A stretch of DNA of 56,815 nucleotides, from the IMG/VR virus record IMGVR_UViG_3300033141_001667, positions 1 to 56,815 of that record; one strand, written 5' to 3'. Within the stretch, counting starts at the first letter, position 1; every line of letters starts with the position of its first letter. The notes beneath the pieces were generated by a model. That model was not told the DNA's origin. It saw only the letters and a program-made list of their open reading frames with translations, and did not search any database. This stretch comes from a virus. Its lineage: Duplodnaviria > Caudoviricetes. A program made the position numbers and the translations under genes. This document shows, piece after piece, positions 1 through 8,165 of the stretch.

Positions 1-77
1 TCCGTTTTCCCGACTACCGCGGGATGCTTGAGGTGTTCTGTTCGCCCATCCTCTTTTGCAAACCAGTATCCTAGCAT
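1..77 (-). CDS. 5' part of a phage hypothetical protein (MLGYWFAKEDGRTEHLKHPAVVGKT...) running off the window
   Basis: ATG at 77 overlaps the stop of the upstream ORF, with an AGGAGG RBS; open to the window edge. Confidence 0.6.
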   Translation of the reverse strand, partial: MLGYWFAKEDGRTEHLKHPAVVGKT

Positions 78-400
78 CATACCTCCTTTTCAGAGTGGCG
101 ATGTTGCTTCAATCTCTCGTACTCCTCTGCATTCACAGTTTCAACTACAATTGGCATGATTTCGCTGGTTATCTTATTCACTAATCCTTGCCAACCAAAG
201 CGTCTATCATGGATTACTGTAACCATGCGTTCTTTAGGTTGCCATGTAATGCATGTCTGTTCGAGTACGCGGCATTTATACTCACAGACCGTCGCTCGAT
301 CTCCAATGAAGTCCCCCATCTTATCCGAGAGAGTCTTAACATTCTTGGCCTCAATCAGCGCGATAGGTCTACCATTGATCTTAATCTCTGCTGTCAGCAT
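77..400 (-). CDS. hypothetical phage protein
   Basis: 107 aa ORF with GAAGGAGG RBS and an upstream sigma70-like promoter. Confidence 0.7.
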   Translation of the reverse strand: MLTAEIKINGRPIALIEAKNVKTLSDKMGDFIGDRATVCEYKCRVLEQTCITWQPKERMVTVIHDRRFGWQGLVNKITSEIMPIVVETVNAEEYERLKQHRHSEKEV

Positions 401-418
401 TTTGCCCTCCTTCGAGAC

Positions 419-447
419 AGTATAACTGATTTTTCATCCAATGGCAA
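419..447 (-). promoter_or_regulatory. sigma70-like promoter TTGCCA-N17-TATACT
   Basis: Read on the minus strand directly upstream of the RBS of 77..400. Confidence 0.6.
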
Positions 448-467
448 CCTCAACAACTTCTTCTTTT

Positions 468-499
468 AGCTGGACCCAGACAACCAAATATGGTATAAT
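468..499 (+). promoter_or_regulatory. conserved phage promoter, copy 1 (AGC-TGGACC-N17-TATAAT)
   Basis: agcTGGACCcagacaaccaaatatggTATAAT; similar copies at 10315 and 22021. Confidence 0.6.
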
Positions 500-699
500 A
501 TAGGTGTCGAAAATTTGCCTATTTCTGCCATTTCACCCACCATTTCGCTCATAATATTTAGAAAATATTTTGTTGCCCTCCAATGTTGTCACATGTTGTC
601 ATGTTTCGCCTATTGTATGATGCTCTTACTACCCGCCGACGGTGTTTCACGCCGACGGGCAGTGTTCGGAGGTTAGGCGCTTTCGCGCTGTATTATTTT

Positions 700-1020
700 T
701 TAGAAATTTTTGATAATCACTCCACCGTCAAATTCAATAACGCTAGTTTGATCTCGAAGCCATTCAAGGGCACTTTCTTCTGTTTCGTCGCAATCTTCGT
801 CTCCGTATATTTCACAGTCACCCAATTCTGGTTCATATCCGTACTCTTTCGCGGCCTCAAGCGCTGACGTGTATTCACTGTAATAACAATAGAGTTCGAG
901 AACGTCAAGTTCTTTGTTGCAATCGTCCTCAAATTCGATCAACCAATCATACAGCGCATTCAATCCCTCATATGAGAAATAGTTTCTCCCCATATCTTGG
1001 TGCGTTACGTTGTGTTTCAT
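700..1020 (-). CDS. small acidic phage early protein (possible DNA mimic)
   Basis: AGGAGG RBS; very D/E-rich; GRNYFSYEGLNALYDWL...ELDVLELYCYYSEY motif. Confidence 0.7.
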   Translation of the reverse strand: MKHNVTHQDMGRNYFSYEGLNALYDWLIEFEDDCNKELDVLELYCYYSEYTSALEAAKEYGYEPELGDCEIYGDEDCDETEESALEWLRDQTSVIEFDGGVIIKNF

Positions 1021-1032
1021 GCTGACCTCCTA

Positions 1033-1281
1033 TCATTTCTCATATCGTTCCTCTACCGTTTTTTCGGCACAGCCAGTCCCTTCTGGGCATAGCCCCCAAG
1101 TATCCCACCATTTATCAACGCTCTCATATAATGGAATTTCAAAAGGGATGTTGTATCCCCGCCCACAGCAACCACAGCGGAAGCCATCATAATGAACCAT
1201 GGGCCGACCGGTACGCTTCCATTGATAGCGCCTTCAGGCATAGCGCATATGCCAGATGAGAGAACTACATCTCCAATTCAT
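1033..1281 (-). pseudogene. Cys-rich small protein interrupted by an in-frame TGA (1234-1236)
   Basis: AAGGAGG+ATG at 1281: MNWRCSSLIWHMRYA*RRYQWKRTGRPMVHYDGFRCGCCGRGYNIPF...LCPEGTGC...; fills the gap between neighbours exactly. Confidence 0.6.
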
Positions 1282-1298
1282 TCTTTGCCTCCTTAGTT

Positions 1299-1652
1299 CT
1301 ATGATTCATCCTGAAGAGGGAAACACATGTTTCCACCCGTCTCCACGTATAGGTTAGCCGCACAGTACGTACTGACATCGATCAGTTCTTTTGGCAAGTC
1401 GGAAGCCGTCATCTTGGCCACCCACTCTTCATGTCCTGCCGCAGCCAATTCTTTCGACGCATACGTTTCAACAATGATCAGCTCTCCATCATTGTATCTT
1501 GGATGTGCAACTGCCGTCTCAAACGGATCGGCGCTATCAGAAACGGCGGCAGTAGATATGTAAAAACGAATGTCGTCTTCGTCATCATACCTTCCAACAA
1601 CCCGTTCCTCATAATTGCACGCCATGTTGAGAAAACCAAATAGATTATTCAT
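1299..1652 (-). CDS. acidic hypothetical phage protein
   Basis: 117 aa ORF, AAGGAGG RBS, within the leftward operon. Confidence 0.7.
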   Translation of the reverse strand: MNNLFGFLNMACNYEERVVGRYDDEDDIRFYISTAAVSDSADPFETAVAHPRYNDGELIIVETYASKELAAAGHEEWVAKMTASDLPKELIDVSTYCAANLYVETGGNMCFPLQDES

Positions 1653-1680
1653 CGTCTTACCTCCTTAATGTGCAAATTAT

Positions 1681-1914
1681 TCATGCCTCAACTCTCTTTG
1701 GTACAAGACAGAGCCTTGGTATTTCTATTTCCATCGGGCAAATGGCAAGTTGTGCTTCATCGATCACATCATACCACTTTGGCCCATTAGTCCAATGAAT
1801 TTCTATATCATCCCGCCATTTTTCAGCGTGTTTCAAGACTAGAAGGAATCTAGTATTCGGGAATGCTCCATCTAGTCGCTGTTGGATCTTAGTCATTGTC
1901 TGTTTGCGGGTCAT
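1681..1914 (-). CDS. LPD29-like domain protein
   Basis: KIQQRLDGAFPNTRF...IEIHWTNGP resembles LPD29; GAAGGAGG RBS before ATG 1914. Confidence 0.5.
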   Translation of the reverse strand: MTRKQTMTKIQQRLDGAFPNTRFLLVLKHAEKWRDDIEIHWTNGPKWYDVIDEAQLAICPMEIEIPRLCLVPKRVEA

Positions 1915-1936
1915 GCTAACCTCCTTCAGATAATCC

Positions 1937-1965
1937 ACTATATCACACTTTTTCGCCGGTGTCTA
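1937..1965 (-). promoter_or_regulatory. sigma70-like promoter TAGACA-N17-TATAGT
   Basis: Read on the minus strand just upstream of the RBS of 1681..1914. Confidence 0.55.
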
Positions 1966-2336
1966 TAGCTTTCATGTTCTTTGAAGATTTCGCCTAGTTA
2001 GGTTCACAGATGTTGGGAATCGCATAAGTAGACACATCGTGTATAGTTGCAGTATTTTCAGCATTTCCTATGTAAGAAATATCAACCAGTATTTCTTACA
2101 TTTCACCTCTCTATCTGTGATAATTGAAGCATATTAAGCGCCTTGGCTAATTCGCCGTTACTGTTAGTTTTCCACTTTCGTAATTGTTCCAATGTTACAA
2201 GTGGCTCGATTTCGCTGAAGATGTTAGCTTTCAGCCATTCTCTTGCTTGATTTCGCCCGTATATAGGGCAGTGGTCGGGAAGATGCCCGTCTCGTATTCG
2301 ATATTTTGTCGGGAAGTGATCGAATTCGCCCACGAT

Positions 2337-2367
2337 CCTATTTCGCCTATTTCGCCTATTTCGCCTA
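2337..2367. repeat. 9-bp tandem repeat (CCTATTTCG)x3+, followed by short repeats (GGCTCAG, CATAGTCTA x2)
   Basis: Directly visible; single TTTCGCCTA copies also near 605 and 1988. Confidence 0.8.
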
Positions 2368-2466
2368 GGCTCAGACTCGACTCAGGCTCAGCTATTGGTC
2401 ATCAACTATGTCGGCCACTTCATAGTCTAGCATAGTCTATATTATATGGCATTCTATCGCTACCTA

Positions 2467-2664
2467 TTACTTCTTGGCATAAAATGAACGATCCGTGAAC
2501 CTAGCTGCTAGCTTATTGGCGAATTGCTTTGCCTGTGATAACGTATCAAAGCAAGCAATCTCGCGCTCTGTGCCGTTGCGTGATTCAATCACAACGGCAC
2601 AAGCAATGCGAACTCCTTGCAAGTATTCTGGTTGGCTTCTGTCTCCAAACATATAATAAGGCAT
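2467..2664 (-). CDS. hypothetical protein
   Basis: 65 aa ORF with AAAGGGGG RBS in the leftward operon. Confidence 0.6.
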   Translation of the reverse strand: MPYYMFGDRSQPEYLQGVRIACAVVIESRNGTEREIACFDTLSQAKQFANKLAARFTDRSFYAKK

Positions 2665-2735
2665 TCTGTCACCCCCTTTTCGATCTCTGATTCCCCCCGG
2701 AGGACGTCAACCTCCAAGGAGGAAATTGGATACAC

Positions 2736-2843
2736 TCACTTGGCTTTCTTCTTCTTCTTCTTCTGGTATCCATCACAACGGGCACAATTGTCGTTGCTTC
2801 CACACACGTCCCAGTACTTACAGCTTCTCTTCGTGGTGTTCAT
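2736..2843 (-). CDS. 35 aa Cys-rich, Lys-tailed peptide (MNTTKRSCKYWDVCGSNDNCARCDGYQKKKKKKAK)
   Basis: GAGAGG RBS; four Cys; below the ORF-track size cutoff. Confidence 0.5.
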   Translation of the reverse strand: MNTTKRSCKYWDVCGSNDNCARCDGYQKKKKKKAK

Positions 2844-2917
2844 ACTTGACCTCTCTTGCTCTTAGATACTCTGCAAGCTCCTACACCACAGCTGCAGCAT
2901 AGGGGCTCAAGGTGGGG

Positions 2918-3097
2918 CTAAATGGTAGCCCGATATAGGCCAGGGCACCATATTGGGTCGGGTTGTATAGCTTTGTGATCTTCACACCATTGTTTGAACC
3001 GTTGTAACGTGGGCAGCTCTGAACATCCGATACACTTGTCCCCAAACTTGCCACAGTAATAACTGGTACAGCATGACGGGTAACGTCGTTCTTCCAT
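2918..3097 (-). CDS. 59 aa Cys-rich protein (MEERRYPSCCTSYYCGKFGDKCIGC...)
   Basis: GGAGGAGGG RBS; fills the operon gap; not in the ORF track. Confidence 0.65.
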   Translation of the reverse strand: MEERRYPSCCTSYYCGKFGDKCIGCSELPTLQRFKQWCEDHKAIQPDPIWCPGLYRATI

Positions 3098-3121
3098 TGT
3101 TCCCTCCTCCGAAAGGTAATG

Positions 3122-3634
3122 CTATTCTTTCTTAACGCCCAACTCCTGCCGGAACTCAGCACGAGTCATTGGTCGATTTGCTTTCTCGTACACTCCTTCA
3201 CGCTGTCTGAATGCCTGAAATCGTGGTTGTCCGTTACTTGCGTCGTGGTCATATGGTTCGCCGACCATGAACCCATCTCGCACCCATATTGCCGGGGGGA
3301 GTACATTCAAACCGTAGTCGTATTCCTCCTCGGTAGTCTCATCCCATGCGATGGGCGTATGCTGTCGCTCTGCAATCTGTTTGCATAACTCGTCAAGGGT
3401 CATGACTACGGCACCGGGATTCTCTTCAATGCATTCCGCGACAGTCTTCTCACCATATATCATTCGCCCGGTGAACGGGTGAACGATGTTGATAGCCTGA
3501 TTTTGGCCTGGTATGGCTACGCAGTGCGTGCAGTCGTTGATACTGATCTCGCGCTCCGCCTGGACTAGCTTCTCCACTTTCTTCGCTGTCTTGTCTGTCA
3601 TGCTTTCATCAGCTCCCTTCATAGTAGCCTGCAT
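3122..3634 (-). CDS. DUF1419-like protein
   Basis: WDETTEEEYDYGLNVLPP...FMVGEPYDH motif. Confidence 0.6.
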   Translation of the reverse strand: MQATMKGADESMTDKTAKKVEKLVQAEREISINDCTHCVAIPGQNQAINIVHPFTGRMIYGEKTVAECIEENPGAVVMTLDELCKQIAERQHTPIAWDETTEEEYDYGLNVLPPAIWVRDGFMVGEPYDHDASNGQPRFQAFRQREGVYEKANRPMTRAEFRQELGVKKE

Positions 3635-3635
3635 C

Positions 3636-4103
3636 CTACATCAACCCATTCGCCTTCATTGATAGGTGTTTGCCATTTGGCGCCAAGATAATGTGGTCCA
3701 GCACTCGGATTCCGAGAATCTCCCCAGCCTTTACAAGTCGTTTCGTCATTGCTATATCCTCCGGGCTTGCTTCCAGCCTACCAGAAGGATGATTATGCGC
3801 GAGGATGATTGCGGCCGCTCGGTCAACTATCACATCTGCAAACACTTCTCGCGGGTGAACTTGGTTACTATCCAGAAGCCCAAGAGTTACAATTCTTGCC
3901 GGACTATTTGGCTTGTTCGCACCATTGAGAGATAGGACCGCAAATGCTTCTTGCTTCAAGCTGCGGATTACCTCGAAGCACGAGAGCGTGTCTTCGGCGT
4001 CGCGGATAACCTTCTCGGTTGTCGGTGTGGGCTCTTTCACTTCACTGCACCATACGGCGCAACCGTTGACGAGCAGTTCAACCTTTGTGCTTGTCTCTTT
4101 CAT
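3636..4103 (-). CDS. radC: RadC-like JAB-domain protein
   Basis: VHPREVF...AAAIILAHNHPSG...SPED...LGIRVLDHII signature. Confidence 0.9.
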   Translation of the reverse strand: MKETSTKVELLVNGCAVWCSEVKEPTPTTEKVIRDAEDTLSCFEVIRSLKQEAFAVLSLNGANKPNSPARIVTLGLLDSNQVHPREVFADVIVDRAAAIILAHNHPSGRLEASPEDIAMTKRLVKAGEILGIRVLDHIILAPNGKHLSMKANGLM

Positions 4104-4513
4104 TATTCAGTCACTGCCCTGAACTCCGGCTCGTTAAACGCCTTGTCATTTTCTCCGAACATCAGATATCTGTTGTGCGCTGCTATTTCTGCCGTCGTCA
4201 TTCCTTCGTACAGAAAGCGTCCGTTCGCACAGTTTGACTTCACCTGATTGATAAGCGCTTCGATCTCAAGCCCTTTCATTTGTGCCCTTTCATATATCGT
4301 TTGCATTGTTGCCGCATACCGTATACGTGCATATCCATACGTTCCATCGCGCCGTTTGCTGGGGGATTGCACAAAACTAAACGCTACAAGTCCACCCGCT
4401 CGACAATGCCCCTTGCGATATGATAACGGCCCTCTAGCCTCATTTAATCCAAAGGCTGCTATTGCATCTGTAACGTGTAACTCTGCTTGCTCGCGCGTAT
4501 ACTTATATTGCAT
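4103..4513 (-). CDS. hypothetical phage protein
   Basis: 136 aa ORF, AGGAGG RBS, stop overlaps the radC start. Confidence 0.7.
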   Translation of the reverse strand: MQYKYTREQAELHVTDAIAAFGLNEARGPLSYRKGHCRAGGLVAFSFVQSPSKRRDGTYGYARIRYAATMQTIYERAQMKGLEIEALINQVKSNCANGRFLYEGMTTAEIAAHNRYLMFGENDKAFNEPEFRAVTE

Positions 4514-4536
4514 TGTTCCTCCTACTTTATTCTGGC

Positions 4537-4782
4537 TTATCCCCTCAGATCTTCAGCTTGTTCTAATAGTTTTACCCTTGTTTCGGCATCGTATACTTGA
4601 TCCATATACAGAGCCCAAATAAAATCATCTAGGTCATCTAGGGTTATAATAGGTTCGCCGTCTGCATTGAGGTCCGACACTTGCCCTCTGTTGTTTTCTT
4701 CGTAGACTGTATATAGTCGCCTGCTACCAGTGTCCCCATTTTCGTAATATGTCTCTGCTCCGTAGAATCTATGATCTTTCAT
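4537..4782 (-). CDS. small acidic protein
   Basis: 81 aa, D/E-rich, AAGGAGG RBS. Confidence 0.7.
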   Translation of the reverse strand: MKDHRFYGAETYYENGDTGSRRLYTVYEENNRGQVSDLNADGEPIITLDDLDDFIWALYMDQVYDAETRVKLLEQAEDLRG

Positions 4783-4803
4783 TTTAACCTCCTTTTAGAC
4801 GAG

Positions 4804-4941
4804 TTAGAACTCTTCGTCTAGCGCTATTTGTACTGCATCAATGCCTTGTGTAATTGCAGCACGCACTATCTCGCTCTCTAATGCTAGTGCCGGATCGATT
4901 GTTTTGCTTATACATATTGCGACAAATTCATTTTGTGTCAT
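4804..4941 (-). CDS. 45 aa protein (MTQNEFVAICISKTIDPALALESE...)
   Basis: ATGA-coupled to the upstream ORF; not in the ORF track. Confidence 0.6.
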   Translation of the reverse strand: MTQNEFVAICISKTIDPALALESEIVRAAITQGIDAVQIALDEEF

Positions 4942-5105
4942 GCCCTCACACCTTTGAGAGGGTATAGCCCGAATTCCTGCCCTTGTGCAACTACAATATA
5001 GCCATCTTCAAATGGGGCGTTACAGATGTACCATAAGCCACCCGATCGTACAGCCGCCCTTCTTGCTGCCCTCACTGCTTCTCCAATTGTTTTGTAGACT
5101 ATCAT
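4938..5105 (-). CDS. 55 aa protein, first gene of the leftward early operon
   Basis: GGAGGT RBS; preceded by a TTGTAT...TATAGT promoter-like sequence at ~5138-5166. Confidence 0.55.
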   Translation of the reverse strand: MIVYKTIGEAVRAARRAAVRSGGLWYICNAPFEDGYIVVAQGQEFGLYPLKGVRA

Positions 5106-5297
5106 TTTTGCCACCTACCTCCGATCTTTGATATCCTTACTATACACATCGACAAGCGCAATACAAGTGACAACAGTTACCAAACAACTGGGACACCCGG
5201 CACCAATACAACGGGACAGACGCAAGCTGATAACTAGCTAAAACAAGCTATAACTTGACAAAGATTGACTAAAAGCTGACAAAATATAGGAGAAATA

Positions 5298-5756
5298 ATG
5301 GCAACAAAGATCAATTGGACTGAAGCCGAGCGCGAGTATGTGCAGAGTAAACAACCTAAAACACTGAGCGAGATTGCTTCAATGTATAATGTATCGGAGA
5401 GGTCTTGTCACAGGCATTCGACCGAGGGAGAATGGGTTCGTAAGAGGCGGGAGTTTTGGAGTGCGGCAGCGGAGGCAACGAGACTTCTAGCAGTTAACCG
5501 TCAAGCAGAAGCTAATATAGATTCTTTAAAGATAGTAGAAACTATAACTTCTGATCTGTCTGCCATTGCCGATGAGATTGTAGTTGAACTAGCAACACGG
5601 GACCTCACTAACATACGCTCTGACGAGCTTATCAATATGCTGCCAAGAGTCTCAAACGCAGTGGACAAGGGTGTTAGGGCGATTTCATTCTTGAAAGGTG
5701 GACCGGATTCTCGCCAAGAACGCAGTTTTGCAGATCTCGCAAACAAGGCTAGATAA
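5298..5756 (+). CDS. terS: terminase small subunit (putative)
   Basis: N-terminal HTH (TLSEIASMYNVSERSCHRHSTEGEWVRKRRE) followed by a helical region; first rightward gene. Confidence 0.65.
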   Translation: MATKINWTEAEREYVQSKQPKTLSEIASMYNVSERSCHRHSTEGEWVRKRREFWSAAAEATRLLAVNRQAEANIDSLKIVETITSDLSAIADEIVVELATRDLTNIRSDELINMLPRVSNAVDKGVRAISFLKGGPDSRQERSFADLANKAR

Positions 5757-5996
5757 GGCCAGATAACACATCAGAAAATGCCCTTTACTGATCCCGTGCA
5801 AGCACATTTTAATATAAGCAAGCCTACCCCAGGTAAAACAGGGAGCAAATCCGCCGTGAGTGAGCGCCCCCACAAATATCACGACCTCTCCCAGGATTTT
5901 TCTATTAGAATTCCCTATATTCTCCTCTAGTATTCATCCCATCGTTATGTTATAATGAGAGCGCAATAGCAGTTATAGATGCAAAAAGGAGGAGCA

Positions 5997-6245
5997 ATGA
6001 GTATCGAAACTTCAGATCGTTACGCCGCTATGGGAATTCCTCATCCAGATCCGGAAACCATGTGTTTGGGTTTATGTGAAGGGACCGGATGGGTTCCTAT
6101 CAACGCAGACAAACCAAACGATGACGTTGGCCCGTGGCATGACTTGTGGCTTATGGCTGATGAAAGCGGACCAGCGGACGAACTAGGGTATCACTTCGTT
6201 CTATGCCCGACGTGCAATGGTACGGGACTGAGAGACTCACAATAG
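5997..6245 (+). CDS. DnaJ-type zinc-finger protein
   Basis: CLGLCEGTG ... CPTCNGTG motifs; AGGAGG RBS. Confidence 0.65.
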   Translation: MSIETSDRYAAMGIPHPDPETMCLGLCEGTGWVPINADKPNDDVGPWHDLWLMADESGPADELGYHFVLCPTCNGTGLRDSQ

Positions 6246-6356
6246 GGGTGATGGAGAGTTTGAGGTCACACTGACCATAAACGTCGCAAGATTGATCACA
6301 AGCGGCTATGGTTTCATCGACGGGCAAAGTAGAATGAACCCAAGGAGGATGACGGG

Positions 6357-6605
6357 ATGAGGGAGCCAGGATCACCGACACAGGAGCAGATGTTGCGATA
6401 CTTGGTGGCGCGAGGCCATACGCAAGTAGCAGCACACGGACGAGCGCCCTGGCTTAGCGCTTCCCGTGCCCTCGTGCGTCGAGGGCTTGCCAACTCTTGG
6501 AGAACTGGATGGTACGCACCAACTGAGGAGGGCAAGCAATGGGTGAAGGACAATCCAAGCTCGCAACATAAGGAGACTTTCGTTGCAAGTGAAGGAGTGA
6601 GATGA
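6357..6605 (+). CDS. hypothetical protein (possible winged helix)
   Basis: AGGAGG RBS; ALVRRGLA...YAPTEEG motif. Confidence 0.5.
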   Translation: MREPGSPTQEQMLRYLVARGHTQVAAHGRAPWLSASRALVRRGLANSWRTGWYAPTEEGKQWVKDNPSSQHKETFVASEGVR

Positions 6606-6802
6606 AGATAGCGAAAGAGATTGACCAGTTGCTTGCAACGAACGGATTGTATCCGGTAGATCGAATCGGAATAGCCGCGCCGTTAATCTCCGCGAAGCTG
6701 GAGCCGATAGTTGAAATACTAAAAGAGGCGCGTAACGCAGAAAGTGCCAGGGATATGTGGGAAGATGTTGGGTCTGCCCTCGCCCTATTCGAGGAGGAAT
6801 GA
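6602..6802 (+). CDS. hypothetical protein
   Basis: ATGA-coupled, AAGGAG RBS. Confidence 0.6.
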   Translation: MKIAKEIDQLLATNGLYPVDRIGIAAPLISAKLEPIVEILKEARNAESARDMWEDVGSALALFEEE

Positions 6803-7050
6803 TGAAGATAGAGAATTGCGAGTTCAACGCAGTGAAGTTTGATGGTCGAGCCATAGATGCGATCAACAACGTATCGAAGGCGTTATTGAATCTGACGGAA
6901 ATCTTCAAGATGCAGGACATCGAGATAGAATGTCTTGTCAAGATCGAAGGCGATGGCATAACCGTTCATGATTGCCACACGAATGGCACAGCAGCATTGA
7001 GGGGTGACAGCCATGAAACTACCCTGGAAGCGAACGAGAGGGGCTGCTGA
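6799..7050 (+). CDS. hypothetical protein
   Basis: GAGGAGG RBS, coupled to the previous gene (MMKIENCEFNAV...). Confidence 0.55.
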   Translation: MMKIENCEFNAVKFDGRAIDAINNVSKALLNLTEIFKMQDIEIECLVKIEGDGITVHDCHTNGTAALRGDSHETTLEANERGC

Positions 7051-7227
7051 TCCATCTGAAGAGGTAAACAGGACAGATGTATCCAAACGCTTAAAATACC
7101 ATCTGACAGCATGTGACAAGTGCCATCGAGTGGCGTGGGCATAAACCGAAGCCGGATGAGTTGATGGAGAGATTCCTGATATGCAGATTGGGCTATCGCG
7201 AGTTTTCAGAAGCAATCGAAAGGAGAT

Positions 7228-7434
7228 ATGATGCGCCCCAAAGTACTCAAAACTGAAGCTGATTACGAGGCGGCACTTGCTCGGCTCGACGAATTGCTTG
7301 ATGCTGAGCCTGAAACTCCAGAAGGCGATGAATTTGAGCTTTGGGCGACACTCATCGAAACATACGAGGAGTCCGAGTTCCCCATTGACTTGCCTGATCC
7401 GCAAGCTTCATGTGGAGCTAAGCTGCATAAATAA
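7228..7434 (+). CDS. truncated HigA-family antitoxin (N-terminal domain only, no HTH)
   Basis: KVLKTEADYEAALARLDELLDAEPETPEGDEFELWATLIETYE..FPIDLPDP then an abrupt end; AAGGAG RBS. Confidence 0.75.
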   Translation: MMRPKVLKTEADYEAALARLDELLDAEPETPEGDEFELWATLIETYEESEFPIDLPDPQASCGAKLHK

Positions 7435-7443
7435 GGGGGAATA

Positions 7444-7887
7444 ATGGGAAAGAACTATTTTGGCCCTAATGGACAGATCCAAGAAAGCGTAAAAGACTGT
7501 CTGGGAACAACAATTTTGGGTATTTATGGAGAATATAATAAGGCACTGGACTATAATAGTTACAGAATAGTTATTGAGACCGATTGTGGTTATCTGGTCA
7601 TTACAGGCTCTCATGATCATGGCCCTGAATATGAGTATAGCCGCAAGAAAAAGAGTCATTATATCCTAAGAAATGCGGAAGATAATATCTGTGATAATTT
7701 TCGGACTGAAATCTTCACGCCCAAATCAAATAAAGACATATTGGAGGGATTTTGCAAGGCAGTCGAGAAGGCCAAAGAGGTCGAGAAAAGCTTGCGGGAT
7801 ATTTACGAGAAGTGCACCACGCTGATATCCACGTGCTCCGGGAACTTAACATACACGGTAAATCTGAAGAAGACGGAGAATGTGTGA
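7444..7887 (+). CDS. hypothetical protein
   Basis: 147 aa ORF with AGGGGG RBS. Confidence 0.65.
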   Translation: MGKNYFGPNGQIQESVKDCLGTTILGIYGEYNKALDYNSYRIVIETDCGYLVITGSHDHGPEYEYSRKKKSHYILRNAEDNICDNFRTEIFTPKSNKDILEGFCKAVEKAKEVEKSLRDIYEKCTTLISTCSGNLTYTVNLKKTENV

Positions 7888-8165
7888 TCCATAGGAAGAA
7901 CGTGCGAACAAATACATTACAAGAACCTACATTCTTCTTAGAATAATTTGTCTAATATTGATGAGATTATCTTATCTAGTTTTTAAGGGGAAATCGGGGA
8001 AGATTCTGTCGATTGTGCTGGCCAGTTGCTAGCGATTTGACATCGCAGACATAATGTCGGTAGTTGCGCCTATATGCCAACAAAACGTACCGTGCGAGGA
8101 ATTGATGATACATAATCTCGGCATCTGGGCCTATTAGCCGAGAACAAGTATCAAAGGAGATCACC

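Noticed and set aside
632-690. Twister-like ribozyme on the minus strand
   Set aside because: Only TAAC/ACTGC fragments match; the conserved core and pseudoknots are missing. Treated as plain hairpins.
5836-5875. c-di-GMP-I riboswitch
   Set aside because: GCAAA is present, but the P2/P3 stems and tetraloop receptor are not supported.
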